Part shown: positions 13,754 to 23,957 of the stretch, one piece after another
How the letters are laid out: each line of letters begins with the position of its first letter
Numbering within the stretch: position 1 is the first letter of the stretch
Assembly: GCA_000170815.1 (NCBI GenBank)
Contig: ABCO01000002.1
Location: forward strand, 292,810-324,809
Source: an unidentified eubacterium SCB49
GTDB lineage: Bacteria; Bacteroidota; Bacteroidia; Flavobacteriales; Flavobacteriaceae
DNA: 32,000 bases
Direction: 5' to 3'
Notes under the pieces: generated by a model
The model's input: the letters and a program-made list of their open reading frames with translations, nothing else
Told to the model about the DNA's origin: nothing
The model's database searches: none
Made by a program: the position numbers and the translations under genes

Positions 13754-14902
13754 TTATTCAATTAAATGTCGAGGTAAATCTCTTACTCTTTCACAGCACA
13801 ATTGTTCCATTACTTGCTGAAATTCTCGTTTCATTAAAGAAATAGTATGATTACCCCCTTCTTTTCCTAAAGCACCAACACCATACATAAAACTACGGCC
13901 CATAAAAGTAAATTCGGCTCCATTTGCCATAGCTCTCGCGATATCTGGACCGCCACGTAAACCTGAGTCTACCATAATTTTAATTTGATCACCGTACTTC
14001 TTAGCGAGGTGAGTCATAGGCACAATAGAAGATTGACCAGCATCCAGCTGTCTTCCTCCATGATTAGATACAATTAATCCATCCACCCCTAAGTTGATTG
14101 CTTTTTGAGCATCCATTTCGTTTACAATACCTTTTATCACTAATTTCCCTTTCCATTGGTCTCTTATTGACGCGATCCTGTCTTCATTCAGTCGCCCAGA
14201 AAAAGTAGCGTCCATAAATTCGCCTAATTTTTTTAAATTTAAACCTTTAGGCATATATTTCTCCATTGTTTTAAAAGAAGGTTGTCCATGAATTAATGTT
14301 TGAATTGCCCAATCTGGTTTACTAAACACTTCAATAATATTTTTTAAACTCATAGAAGGCGGCATAGCTAAACCATTTCTAACATCTCTAGGTCTGTATC
14401 CAAAAGTTGGCACATCTGCTAAAATTACTAAAACATCTGTTCCTGCTTGTGCTGCTCTATCTAACAAATCTCTTTTTACTTTTTCTTCTGCCGGATGATA
14501 TAATTGAAACCAAGATTGTCCTTCTGTTATTTCTGCTACACGCTCGATACTAGAAGTAGTAACGGTACTTAAAATAAAAGGAACATTATGTTTAAAAGCT
14601 GCTTTTGCCAATATTTCTGGTGAGTTTGGCCACATTAAGCCCTGAAGTCCAACGGGAGCAATACCAAAAGGTGCCGCATAGGTATGACCAAACAATTCTG
14701 CTTCTAAATTAGAGGTGTCAAATTTTGATAAATATTGTGGCATTAATTCTATCTTCTGAAGATCAGTACGATTTTTATCTAAATTGATATCTTCATTACA
14801 ACCACCATCTAAATACTCAAAAGCGAACTTTGGCATTTTAACCATTGCTCTTTTTCTTAAATCAGTTACAGAAGGATATTTGGGGTTAATTTTTATTTCC
14901 AT
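13754..14902 (-). CDS. lldD: FMN-dependent alpha-hydroxy-acid dehydrogenase (L-lactate dehydrogenase-like)
   Basis: 382 aa with FEYLDGG..., WFQLY, VSNHGGRQLD and DSGLRGG motifs, typical of the LldD/glycolate oxidase family. Confidence 0.85.
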   Translation of the reverse strand: MEIKINPKYPSVTDLRKRAMVKMPKFAFEYLDGGCNEDINLDKNRTDLQKIELMPQYLSKFDTSNLEAELFGHTYAAPFGIAPVGLQGLMWPNSPEILAKAAFKHNVPFILSTVTTSSIERVAEITEGQSWFQLYHPAEEKVKRDLLDRAAQAGTDVLVILADVPTFGYRPRDVRNGLAMPPSMSLKNIIEVFSKPDWAIQTLIHGQPSFKTMEKYMPKGLNLKKLGEFMDATFSGRLNEDRIASIRDQWKGKLVIKGIVNEMDAQKAINLGVDGLIVSNHGGRQLDAGQSSIVPMTHLAKKYGDQIKIMVDSGLRGGPDIARAMANGAEFTFMGRSFMYGVGALGKEGGNHTISLMKREFQQVMEQLCCERVRDLPRHLIE

Positions 14903-14988
14903 AGTGCAAGTTCTCTACGTTTAATTGACATATTATTTGTAAACTTTTATTATTCTATAACTATAAAAGCGATTCTATTTGGTGCTAA

Positions 14989-15038
14989 AAAACACTTTTA
15001 ATAAAAAGACAAAACGTATCTAAAAATAAAAGTGTTTT
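14989..15038 (-). terminator. 12-bp perfect inverted repeat downstream of aldA (possible terminator, but the loop is large)
   Basis: aaaacactttta (14989-15000) is the reverse complement of taaaagtgtttt (15027-15038). On the minus strand the 3' arm runs into a T-rich stretch. The 26-nt loop makes this uncertain. Confidence 0.3.
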
Positions 15039-15061
15039 CTAACTGTTATCTTAGAGATGTT

Positions 15062-16501
15062 CTATCTATACTGAGCATAAACAACTTTAGTTTGTAGATA
15101 CTCTTCCATACCATGTTTACCATCTGCACCTCCTAAACCAGATTTTTTCCAACCTGCATGAAAACCTTGAATTGCTTCAAAATGCTCTCTATTGATATAA
15201 GTTTCTCCATACTGTAATTCTTCAGCAGCATGCATCACTTTATTAAAATTCTCAGAGAAAATAGATGATGTTAATCCATATTCAGAATCATTTGCTAATG
15301 CAATTGCTTCATCTAAAGTACTAAACTTCATTACAGGCAATACAGGACCAAATACTTCCTCTTGCATAATTTGCATATCTTGTTTTACATTGCTTACTAA
15401 AGTAGGTTGATAAAAATAACCTTTATCAAATTGACTTGATCTAGATCCGCCTAATACTATTTCTGCTCCTTCTTTCTTTGCAAATTCTACCATTTCAGAA
15501 ACCTTATCTAATTGTGCTTTCGAAACCAAAGCACTCATATCTGGGTTATTATCAGAAAATGCATCTTCTACTTTTATTGCTTTCATTTTAGCCGTAACCA
15601 TTTCTAAAAATTGGTCATGAATTGACTCTTCAACATACACACGTTCTGCACAGTTACATACTTGCCCGCTAAAAATAATTCTTGAATCAACTACTGCTTT
15701 AACAGCCAATTCTAAATTTGCATCTGCACAAACAATTGCAGGAGCCTTACCTCCTAGCTCTAAAGAAACTTTCGTAATATTTTGTGACGCAGCTTCCATA
15801 ACTTGTTGTCCTGCAAAAACACTACCTGTTAAACTTATGATACCTGTTGTAGGGCTTTTGCACAATGCATTTCCAACGATAGGTCCAGAACCACAAACCA
15901 CATTTAAAACCCCAGATGGCAATTCTATTTTCTGAATTAACTCTAACCACTCTAATATCGTATTTGGCGCAATACAGCTAGGCTTAATTACACATGTGTT
16001 CCCCGTAATTAAAGAGGCAGCAACTTTTCTTGCCATCACAAAAAATGGAAAGTTCCAAGGTAAAATACCAACTGCTACACCAATTGGAGATTTGTGTAAA
16101 AATATATGTTCTTTAGCCCGATCACTTTGTATAATTTCTCCTTCTATTCTGCGTGCAAATCCCGCATAATAGTCAAAATAATCTGCAGTAACATCTATTT
16201 CAACCTGTGCAAGCCCCATGACTTTTGCTTGTTCAGCAGCTAAGGTTTTGGCTAAAAAAACTCTGTTCTCACGAATAACGGTAGCCATTTTATTTAAATA
16301 TCCTGCTCTTTGTATTGCTGGAAGAGATTTCCAACTATGTTGAGCATTTTGAGCTGCTTCTAACGCATCATTGGCATCCTTTACAGAACCGTAAGGAATT
16401 GTAGAAAGTACTTCCTCTGTACATGGATTTAAAATTTCTGTAACTTCTGTAGAAGTAGATTTTACAAATTTTCCGTTAATGAATTGATCAAATTGCTTCA
16501 T
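15062..16501 (-). CDS. aldA: NAD-dependent lactaldehyde/aldehyde dehydrogenase
   Basis: 479 aa, the same length as my recalled E. coli AldA, with long collinear matches (GILPWNFPFF..ARK, LELGGKAPAIV, VCNCAERVYV, ETYINRE.FEA.QGFHAGWKKSG.GGADGKHG..EYLQT.VVY). Confidence 0.85.
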   Translation of the reverse strand: MKQFDQFINGKFVKSTSTEVTEILNPCTEEVLSTIPYGSVKDANDALEAAQNAQHSWKSLPAIQRAGYLNKMATVIRENRVFLAKTLAAEQAKVMGLAQVEIDVTADYFDYYAGFARRIEGEIIQSDRAKEHIFLHKSPIGVAVGILPWNFPFFVMARKVAASLITGNTCVIKPSCIAPNTILEWLELIQKIELPSGVLNVVCGSGPIVGNALCKSPTTGIISLTGSVFAGQQVMEAASQNITKVSLELGGKAPAIVCADANLELAVKAVVDSRIIFSGQVCNCAERVYVEESIHDQFLEMVTAKMKAIKVEDAFSDNNPDMSALVSKAQLDKVSEMVEFAKKEGAEIVLGGSRSSQFDKGYFYQPTLVSNVKQDMQIMQEEVFGPVLPVMKFSTLDEAIALANDSEYGLTSSIFSENFNKVMHAAEELQYGETYINREHFEAIQGFHAGWKKSGLGGADGKHGMEEYLQTKVVYAQYR

Positions 16502-16929
16502 AAGTATTGTTGTTTAGTTAATTCTAAGAATAGTTAGATGTAAAATTTAAAAAGGTTGTTGTTTGCAATCAACCGTTTACCCCTCAAATTTAAAATTTAA
16601 TTTTAGAGACATCAGGTTTTTAATGAAAATAATTGACAGAAATTCAAGTCTTTTTTTTGTATCTATGAATTATAATAAACATTAGTACGGAAATAAGGTG
16701 TCCATCAAATTATTGTGATCAATCGATACAGCTTATCTTTGTGAAGCTTTATAAAAGATGAGAGAAAAAAGCGCTGTTGTATGTAACTGAAAGTTTCAGC
16801 AAAAAAGAAAAAATTGTAAGTAATATCTTTTAAATACAACATAACTATTAATTGACATTTAAGATGAGTTGGATGTTTTCTAAGATGATCAATTTTACAA
16901 CTTCTATTCGTTAGAAAAAAAACAAATAA

Positions 16930-17580
16930 ATGGGAAAACTAAAAGTGCAAACAGACGCTAAAATTGCAATGGGTAGAAAAAACAACCCTGACTTTATGAA
17001 AGGTGTGGATGCTATAATTGAAAAAGCAAAAGCATTTCAACTGGGTAAAGACGCAATGAAAGTTGGTGAAAAAGCACCACATTTTGAGTTACCCAATCCA
17101 AAAGGAAAATTAATATCCCTCCCTAGCTTACTTGATAAAGGTCCAGTTGTCATTACATTTTATCGTGGTAGTTGGTGTCCATATTGTAACTTACAACTCA
17201 GAGCATTGCAAGACAAATTAAATGAGATTCATGCTTTAGGTGCTACATTAGTTGCTATTAGTCCCGAAGTTCCCGACGGTTCAATGACAGAAAACGAAAT
17301 GAGTACCATGGAGTTTACTGTATTGTCTGACCAAGATGCAAAAGTGGCTTCACAATATGGTGTATCTTGGGAAGTTCCAGAGTTTTTAATGGACCATATG
17401 CGTGTAGATCGAAATCTTGATTTAAAAAAGATTAATAATGGAAATGCTACTATACTACCTATTCCTGCTACCTTTATATTAGACAACGATGGTTTAATTA
17501 AATGGAGCTATGTTAACGTTGATTACAGAACACGCTCTGAGCCTGATGAGATTATTGAGGCATTAAAAAATTTATCATAA
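16930..17580 (+). CDS. Peroxiredoxin-like (AhpC/TSA family) thioredoxin-fold protein
   Basis: The FYRGSWCPYCNLQLRAL motif and overall length fit the peroxiredoxin-like family. Confidence 0.8.
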   Translation: MGKLKVQTDAKIAMGRKNNPDFMKGVDAIIEKAKAFQLGKDAMKVGEKAPHFELPNPKGKLISLPSLLDKGPVVITFYRGSWCPYCNLQLRALQDKLNEIHALGATLVAISPEVPDGSMTENEMSTMEFTVLSDQDAKVASQYGVSWEVPEFLMDHMRVDRNLDLKKINNGNATILPIPATFILDNDGLIKWSYVNVDYRTRSEPDEIIEALKNLS

Positions 17581-17650
17581 AGCGTATTAGCAACCCTTAA
17601 TACACATATCCCACTACATCAAATGCTAGTTTTAATTGATGATTTTAACT

Positions 17651-18307
17651 TTAAATTTCATCAACTAAAATGCGGTCACAAATCGCTTTTCCTAAAACTA
17701 CATCTTTTTTCTCACCGTAAGACACGGTAAAACTATGGTCAAAATTTTCAATATGGGTCACAGTAATTTCTGTATTGAGCTGGATATTTTTGTTATTCAG
17801 AAACAATAAAAAATCTGTAGCACTCTCTCGTAAAGCTTTAACAATAACCGTAGCTCCTACAGACATTTGCGAAAGACGTTTATAATTTGGTCTATTAAAA
17901 TTTCCATTTTTATCTGGAATAGGAGATCCATGTGGGTCCGTTTTTGGAAAGCCCATTAACTCATCCATTCGATCAAAAAATTGATCTGTTTTAATGTGCT
18001 CTAATTCTTCTGCTATTTCATGAACCTCTTCCCAACCAAATTTCATTATCTGCATTAAGAACATTTCAGACAAACGGTGTTTTCTTATAATTTCTGCAGC
18101 ACGCTGTTTCCCTTTTTCAGTAATTCTGATGGGCTTATATTTTTTTGAAATGACAATGCCTTCATGTTGCAGTTTTTTAATCATATCGTTTGCAGACGGC
18201 TTACTCACCTGCAATTCCGTTCCTAAATCAGACAAAGAAATATCCTCATTCTTTTGATGCAAATAGAATAATGCCTTGATGTAATTCTCTCTTATATCTG
18301 ATGCCAT
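17651..18307 (-). CDS. DtxR/MntR/SirR-family metal-dependent transcriptional regulator with a C-terminal FeoA/SH3-like domain
   Basis: 218 aa with an N-terminal wHTH (EDISLSDLGTELQVSKPSANDMIKKL), metal-site and dimerisation helices (RKHRLSEMFL...WEEVHEIAEELEH) and a C-terminal SH3-like part. Confidence 0.85.
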   Translation of the reverse strand: MASDIRENYIKALFYLHQKNEDISLSDLGTELQVSKPSANDMIKKLQHEGIVISKKYKPIRITEKGKQRAAEIIRKHRLSEMFLMQIMKFGWEEVHEIAEELEHIKTDQFFDRMDELMGFPKTDPHGSPIPDKNGNFNRPNYKRLSQMSVGATVIVKALRESATDFLLFLNNKNIQLNTEITVTHIENFDHSFTVSYGEKKDVVLGKAICDRILVDEI

Positions 18308-18350
18308 AAAATGATTTTTTAAACAAAAATATAAATAATTCCCAAATTAT

Positions 18351-18381
18351 TTTGTTAGGTAACCCTAACTTATTAGTTTTG
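18351..18381 (+). promoter_or_regulatory. Bacteroidetes-type promoter of the TonB-dependent receptor gene: -33 TTTG (18351-18354), 19-nt spacer, -7 TAGTTTTG (18374-18381)
   Basis: Both consensus elements match exactly with canonical 19-nt spacing, 25 nt upstream of the ATG at 18407. Confidence 0.6.
18355..18373. promoter_or_regulatory. DtxR/IdeR-type operator (TTAGGTAACCCTAACTTAT)
   Basis: 15 of 19 positions match my recalled DtxR box TTAGGTTAGCCTAACCTAA. It contains the inverted repeat GTTAGG-taac-CCTAAC (18354-18369). It fills the promoter spacer exactly and lies between the divergent regulator and receptor genes. Confidence 0.6.
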
Positions 18382-18406
18382 TAGTTCAATTAATACAATT
18401 CTACAT

Positions 18407-20761
18407 ATGAAACATATAATTACTTTACTATCTATTTTTGCTATATCAACTGTTATAGCCCAAAATAAACAAGCTACAATATCAGGTACTGTAACCACAA
18501 ATGGTATACCTGTTCCTTTTGCAAGTGTCTATGTAAAAGGAGGAACGCAAGGTGCCGATACAGATATAGACGGAAAATACACTTTGCATATTCCTTTTGG
18601 AGATCACACCATAGTTGCTCAACTACAAGGGTTTCGTTTATCTTCAAAAAAAATAACGATCGCAGAAACAGAGAACCAAGAACTTAATTTTGTTTTAACC
18701 GAAGACGGTCTTGGTCTTGAACAGGTAGTCGTAAGTGCCACTCGTAACCGAATTAGTAAGAAAGAAGCTCCCGTAATTGTAAACGTATTAAGTCCTAAAC
18801 TGTTTCAGGCTACTCAGTCAATTTCATTAGCAGATGGATTAAATTACCAACCAGGAGTACGCGTAGAAACAAATTGTCAAAACTGTGGTTTTACGCAAGT
18901 TCGGCTTAATGGACTAGAAGGGCAATACACTCAAGTATTAGTAAATAGTCGCCCTGTATTTAGTGCGCTTAATGGTGTTTATGGTTTAGAACAAATACCC
19001 GTGAGTATCATTGATCGCGTAGAAGTAGTTAGAAGCGGAGGTTCTGCGCTATTTGGATCTAATGCTATTGCAGGAACAGTAAATGTGATTACTAAAGAAC
19101 CTGTAAATAACAGCTGGGAAGTAAGCACAAATCTTGGAGTGATTGATGGGTCCGCATTAGATAGAAATGTAAACCTAAACGCTTCTATAGTGAGCGAAGA
19201 TTTAAATAGTGGTGTTACAATCTATGGTATATTTAGAGATCGTGACTCATACGATGCTAATGATGATGGTTTTAGTGAGATTACAAAACTCAACAACAAA
19301 TCATTGGGCGCTAAAGTCTTTTTACGTCCCAACGATAATAGTCGATTTGGCATCGATTTTACAGGAATAAACGAATACAGACGTGGTGGGGATCGTCTTG
19401 ACCTTGCTCCACAATTTACAGATGTTACAGAAGAACTAGAACACAACACCGTTTATTCTGGTATCGATTACGAATTGTTTGACGATGCTCAAAAAAACAC
19501 AGGTTCTGCTTATATTTCGGTCCAACATACAGATCGTGATAGTTATTACGGAGGTTTAGGTGGAGGGCGAACAGTTGCAGATTCTATTGCTGCAAACAAT
19601 GCCTTCGGAAAAACCACAGATCTAGCTTTGGTTGCCGGCACCAAATACACACATCGTTTTGATAAAGATGTAATCACAACAGGAGTAGAATATCAATTAA
19701 ATGATACCGATGATGCCATACAAGGGTACAATCGTCTAGTAGATCAAAAAGTAAACAGCATTGGTCTATATGCTCAATATGAATGGAAACCTTCTGAAAA
19801 ACTCACCACGTTAATAGGGGCCCGTTTAGACCACGTAAATGTTGATGGCTATTATACAATACAAGACATCGCACGAGCATCTGATGTGAGTGAAACGGTA
19901 CTAAACCCAAGAGTAACTATTTTATATAATATTAATGAAGCATTACAGTTTAGAGGTGGATATGCGCGCGGTTTTAGAGCACCACAAGCGTTTAATGAAG
20001 ATTTGCATATTTCATCTGTGGGTGGAGAACAACGCTTTGTAATCCTCTCTGATGAGCTTGAAAGTGAATTCTCTAATGCTTTTACCGCTTCATTAAATTA
20101 CACAAAAGACTTTAATAAAGTACAAACAAACTTTTTAGCCGAAGGTTTTTACACGACTCTAGAAAATCCCTTTACTATTGTTAGCACAGGAACCTCATTG
20201 CCTAATGGATCTATTTTAGAAGAAACAAGAAACGGGTCTGGCGCCTATGTAGCAGGTACAAATTTAGAAGTAAGCGTATCACCCAATGCTGCATTTTTAT
20301 TCCAAGCAGGACTTACATTACAACGATCTATGTATAAAGAAGATCAAGTACTTTTTGAAGCAGATGGTAGTGTACCTGGTGAGCAAGATGTTATTTTAAG
20401 TGATTTTACTCGTTCACCAAACGCATATGGTTTTATAAATGCAAACTGGACTGCAACAGAAGCTTTAAAATTTGATGTAACTGGAAGTTATACAGGTTCA
20501 ATGATTGCTCCACATGTTATTAGCGACTCTGGTTTTATCGATTTAGTCACGACCGAATCATTTTTAGATATGACTACAAAAGCAACCTATCATTTTGATC
20601 CAATTGAAGATTTTCACGTAGAACTAAGCGGTGGTGTTCAAAATATATTTGATAGCTATCAAGATAATTTTGATCGTGGTGCATCAAGAGATTCTGTCTT
20701 TATTTATGGGCCAAACCAACCAAGAACATTCTTTGTAGGTTTAAAATTTGGAGACTTTTAA
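18407..20761 (+). CDS. TonB-dependent outer-membrane receptor with an N-terminal carboxypeptidase-regulatory-like domain
   Basis: 784 aa with a signal peptide, a CarbopepD_reg-like segment (ISGTVTTNGIPVPFASVYVKG...DGKYTL), a plug (IDRVEVVRSGGSALFGSNAIAGTVNVITK) and a C-terminal beta-barrel ending ...FFVGLKFGDF. Confidence 0.9.
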   Translation: MKHIITLLSIFAISTVIAQNKQATISGTVTTNGIPVPFASVYVKGGTQGADTDIDGKYTLHIPFGDHTIVAQLQGFRLSSKKITIAETENQELNFVLTEDGLGLEQVVVSATRNRISKKEAPVIVNVLSPKLFQATQSISLADGLNYQPGVRVETNCQNCGFTQVRLNGLEGQYTQVLVNSRPVFSALNGVYGLEQIPVSIIDRVEVVRSGGSALFGSNAIAGTVNVITKEPVNNSWEVSTNLGVIDGSALDRNVNLNASIVSEDLNSGVTIYGIFRDRDSYDANDDGFSEITKLNNKSLGAKVFLRPNDNSRFGIDFTGINEYRRGGDRLDLAPQFTDVTEELEHNTVYSGIDYELFDDAQKNTGSAYISVQHTDRDSYYGGLGGGRTVADSIAANNAFGKTTDLALVAGTKYTHRFDKDVITTGVEYQLNDTDDAIQGYNRLVDQKVNSIGLYAQYEWKPSEKLTTLIGARLDHVNVDGYYTIQDIARASDVSETVLNPRVTILYNINEALQFRGGYARGFRAPQAFNEDLHISSVGGEQRFVILSDELESEFSNAFTASLNYTKDFNKVQTNFLAEGFYTTLENPFTIVSTGTSLPNGSILEETRNGSGAYVAGTNLEVSVSPNAAFLFQAGLTLQRSMYKEDQVLFEADGSVPGEQDVILSDFTRSPNAYGFINANWTATEALKFDVTGSYTGSMIAPHVISDSGFIDLVTTESFLDMTTKATYHFDPIEDFHVELSGGVQNIFDSYQDNFDRGASRDSVFIYGPNQPRTFFVGLKFGDF

Positions 20762-20770
20762 TTTTAACTT

Positions 20771-21241
20771 ATGAAGTATTTTTTTTGTTTATTTTTTGTT
20801 TTTTTAGTTGGGCTCTTCATCGGAAGGGCCCAAAATGTGTCTGATATTGAATGGAAAAGTTGGCCAGAATTAGAGCAAGCAATTAAAAAAGAACCCAAAC
20901 CCGTTTTTATATTCTTTCACGCAAAATGGTGTGCATATTGTAAAAAAATAGAGCGGGAAATCTTATCTAAGTCTGAGGTGATAGAAAAGATAAATGCAAA
21001 ATATTATGCTGTAGAAATGGATGTAGAGCGCACAGACACCATTACTTTTGAAGGAGTTCAGTTTACAAACAAGCAAGCCGAAATTATGCGAAATGGAGTC
21101 CACCAAATACCCTTATTACTCGCATCACGTAAAAACACACGGTTCTCACTTCCCGCTACAATTATCCTAAACAAAGATTTTACGCTGAAAGAACGCATAT
21201 TTGAATATTATACTTCTAAGACACTATTAAAACTACTTTAA
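20771..21241 (+). CDS. Exported thioredoxin-fold protein (CxxC)
   Basis: Signal peptide plus the FFHAKWCAYCKK motif. It starts 10 nt after the receptor gene stop, so the two are likely one operon. Confidence 0.75.
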   Translation: MKYFFCLFFVFLVGLFIGRAQNVSDIEWKSWPELEQAIKKEPKPVFIFFHAKWCAYCKKIEREILSKSEVIEKINAKYYAVEMDVERTDTITFEGVQFTNKQAEIMRNGVHQIPLLLASRKNTRFSLPATIILNKDFTLKERIFEYYTSKTLLKLL

Positions 21242-21396
21242 TAACAATGTTGCCAATAAAAAACATATACGAGCTCAAAATCAGCGTGTTAAAACAGTAA
21301 TACACAGAAATTTGACACTTTTTTTACATAAATTTTAAGCGGAGCACCTTTCAGCAAGCCTACATTTGAGGTCTATCCATATTTAAACAAAAAATC

Positions 21397-22197
21397 ATGA
21401 GAAAGATTCTAGTACAAACAAGTGTGTTAATAGGAGCTACATTATGTTTCGCATCTTGCGGAAACCCAAGTAAAGATGATCAACTCAAGCCTACTAGTAT
21501 TGACAAACAAATGGCAATGAATACAGAAATAGTAGACAGCCCAAAACCCAAAGTGTTTTCTGGTTTCATTTACGACATTGGCCCTAGGTTTGGAGCCATA
21601 AAAAAAGAAGCAATACAGAACGCTAAATCCATAAGTGATTTTATACACCAAGAAGAACTGGATAAAATTGCGAGCCTTAAATCTGTGACGGTTCAAGTTC
21701 TGGAGAGTGATATGATATATAAAAATATTGAAAAAGGGACGACGGCAACTTTTACAGAAGCACAATTAAAATTGTTGCGATCATTAGACTACTCAACGAA
21801 TCTAATGTTATTGGTAGAGTTTACAGAATTACATAAACACACAAATAGTATAGAAAACAACTACACTTCGCCCTACTTAACTATTGTACCAGAGAAACAA
21901 GCATCTTACATGTTTAGCGAAGACACCCTTAAAGACTATCTAAGTGTAAACACAGAAGAAGTAAGAAAAGACGTAGATCCAGAAAAACTTCAAGCTGCAA
22001 AATTATACTTTACCGTTACCAAAAATGGAACTGTAGAAAACCTAAGACTCGATAGATCTTCTAATTACCCAAAAGTAGATGATACCATGATACAATTAAT
22101 GAAAAACCTACCAGGCAAATGGACTCCAGCAGAGAATGCGAAAGGAGAAAAAGTAAATCAAGAATTAGTGGTTTCTTTTGGACTTTTAGACTGTTAA
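21397..22197 (+). CDS. Lipoprotein with a TonB-C-terminal-like domain
   Basis: Lipobox LCFASCGN. The C-terminal segment LYFTVTKNGTVENLRLDRSS...MKNLPGKWTPAENAKGEKVNQELVVSF resembles the TonB_C/energy-transducer fold pattern. Confidence 0.55.
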   Translation: MRKILVQTSVLIGATLCFASCGNPSKDDQLKPTSIDKQMAMNTEIVDSPKPKVFSGFIYDIGPRFGAIKKEAIQNAKSISDFIHQEELDKIASLKSVTVQVLESDMIYKNIEKGTTATFTEAQLKLLRSLDYSTNLMLLVEFTELHKHTNSIENNYTSPYLTIVPEKQASYMFSEDTLKDYLSVNTEEVRKDVDPEKLQAAKLYFTVTKNGTVENLRLDRSSNYPKVDDTMIQLMKNLPGKWTPAENAKGEKVNQELVVSFGLLDC

Positions 22198-22233
22198 TAA
22201 ATCAATGTTGTATAACGCTAATCTTAATAAAAA

Positions 22234-22261
22234 CCTCAACCTTTTGGATGGGGGTTTTTTG
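22234..22261 (+). terminator. Rho-independent terminator
   Basis: cctcaacc-tttt-ggatgggg stem-loop followed by tttttt, about 35 nt after the stop at 22197. Confidence 0.6.
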
Positions 22262-22359
22262 ATCGTATAGAATTAAGTAAATTTACAAGGTTAGCATCTT
22301 TAATAAAATAAAAACAAGGAAGGCTAAGCGTCGTATATCTAATCATTTAATTCTACTCA

Positions 22360-22986
22360 ATGAACATTAAACAAATTTTTAAAAACAACGAAAACTGGGT
22401 TCATTCTAAATTAAATCACGACGCAGATTATTTTAATAATCTGTCTAAGGGTCAAAACCCCGATATTTTATACATAGGTTGTTCTGATAGTCGTGTCTCT
22501 GCAGAAGAGTTAATGGGAGTTGCCCCTGGAGAAGTTTTTATTCATAGAAATATCGCTAACATGGTCCCAAACACAGATTTGAGTGCAATGTCTGTTATAG
22601 ATTATGCGGTCTTACATTTAAAAGTAAACCATGTAATTATCTGCGGACATTACTACTGCGGTGGTGTAAAAGCTGCAATGGAATCAAAAGATTTAGGAAT
22701 ACTAAACCCTTGGCTTAGAAATATAAGAGATGTATACCGCATGCACAGAGAAGAGCTAAATAGCATTCTTGATGAAGACTTACGTTACAATCGCCTCGTA
22801 GAACTTAATGTACAAGAACAATGTATCAACTTGATAAAAACAGCCGAAGTGCAAAGAGCATTTCGTGACAGAGGCTTAACCGTTCATGGCTGGGTTTTTG
22901 ACATCCATTCGGGAAAACTAATTGACTTAAAAATTAATTTTTCTGAAATTTTAGAAAATGTGATGGAGATCTATCATCTTGATTAG
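22360..22986 (+). CDS. can: Beta-class carbonic anhydrase
   Basis: CSDSRV ... HRN ... ICGHYYCGGV zinc-ligand motifs; 208 aa. Confidence 0.9.
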   Translation: MNIKQIFKNNENWVHSKLNHDADYFNNLSKGQNPDILYIGCSDSRVSAEELMGVAPGEVFIHRNIANMVPNTDLSAMSVIDYAVLHLKVNHVIICGHYYCGGVKAAMESKDLGILNPWLRNIRDVYRMHREELNSILDEDLRYNRLVELNVQEQCINLIKTAEVQRAFRDRGLTVHGWVFDIHSGKLIDLKINFSEILENVMEIYHLD

Positions 22987-23032
22987 CAATATAAAAAGTC
23001 ACTAATATAAAATCACACTGTTTTTCAGAAAC

Positions 23033-23938
23033 CTATACAACCCTACTTAGCACAAGATCAATATTTAATAGAACTATACTAAAAACACCTATAACGATAA
23101 TGAGTTTAAGTATGGTATGTAGAATAATATAATGTAACTTTTTTGAAGATTTCCAAAGCATAAAATTAAAGAGAACTAAGGCGAGTATACTCCCTATAAA
23201 GTAGAGATACATGTACCCTATCTCATATCTAGTTAACAATAAAGCAATAGGTACTAACGTGATTACACTCAACGCAGTTAGCATTTGCTTAGACGTTTTT
23301 TCTCCATACACTACAGGGATTGTTCTATAATTTTGAAGTAAATCACCCGTAATATTTTCAAGATCTTTAGTGAGTTCGCGCATGGAAATGAGCAGAAATA
23401 AAAACGTAGCGTGCACAAATATCACGTGGTTAAAATTTCGGTAATAAATAAAGACCGCAAAAAAAGGAATCACCGCTAAAATGGCCGCTACAAGGTTACC
23501 CACAAAAGGGTATTTCTTTAATTTATGAGAGTAAAACCAAATCATAAATATATAAACAGAAAAAAACGCTACAGCTCTAAAACTCACGTAGCTTGCAAAA
23601 AACACCGAAATTAAATTAAGAATAAAATACCCAGACAGTTTTGTTTGCTGGCTTACAATACGGTCTAATTTAGTCTTGTTGGGACGATTGATAATATCTT
23701 TTTCACTATCATAAAAACTATTAATAATATATCCCCCAGCAATGGCTGCAGCACTTGCAAAAACCAAACACAATAAATTAGGGTCAAATAGAACTTTGCG
23801 CAAAGGTAAATCTGGCGCAAGTATGTAGATAGAAGTTAGGTATTGTGCTAAGACAATAACAAGTATATTATAGCCTCGTACAATAGAAAACAAGCTGAAA
23901 AACTTTAACAAGATGTGCTTTTGTTTTCGGCTAAGCAT
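23033..23938 (-). CDS. UbiA-family prenyltransferase (polytopic membrane protein)
   Basis: 301 aa with ~8-9 TM helices and the NSFYDSEKDIINRPNK (NxxxDxxxD) motif. Adjacent to mevalonate kinase. Confidence 0.8.
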   Translation of the reverse strand: MLSRKQKHILLKFFSLFSIVRGYNILVIVLAQYLTSIYILAPDLPLRKVLFDPNLLCLVFASAAAIAGGYIINSFYDSEKDIINRPNKTKLDRIVSQQTKLSGYFILNLISVFFASYVSFRAVAFFSVYIFMIWFYSHKLKKYPFVGNLVAAILAVIPFFAVFIYYRNFNHVIFVHATFLFLLISMRELTKDLENITGDLLQNYRTIPVVYGEKTSKQMLTALSVITLVPIALLLTRYEIGYMYLYFIGSILALVLFNFMLWKSSKKLHYIILHTILKLIIVIGVFSIVLLNIDLVLSRVV

Positions 23939-23957
23939 AGTAAAAAATTGTGAAAAT

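Noticed and set aside
16502-16929. The 428-bp intergenic region between aldA and the peroxiredoxin-like gene, considered as a possible ncRNA or small gene.
   Set aside because: Only short stems were seen (ggttg-N11-caacc, ctgaaa-g-tttcag). There is no convincing ORF, riboswitch-like conservation or repeat. It is most simply a divergent promoter region.
21249-21270. GTTGCCAATAA followed by CATATAC downstream of the thioredoxin-like gene. It resembles the R' and L' boxes of the array repeats and is identical over 11 nt to the end of T2-C.
   Set aside because: The box order is reversed relative to the repeats. No partner xxCAAC/GTATATA arm and no internal modules are present. A chance match is plausible in AT-rich DNA. 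It is worth only a glance if a genome-wide repeat scan is done.
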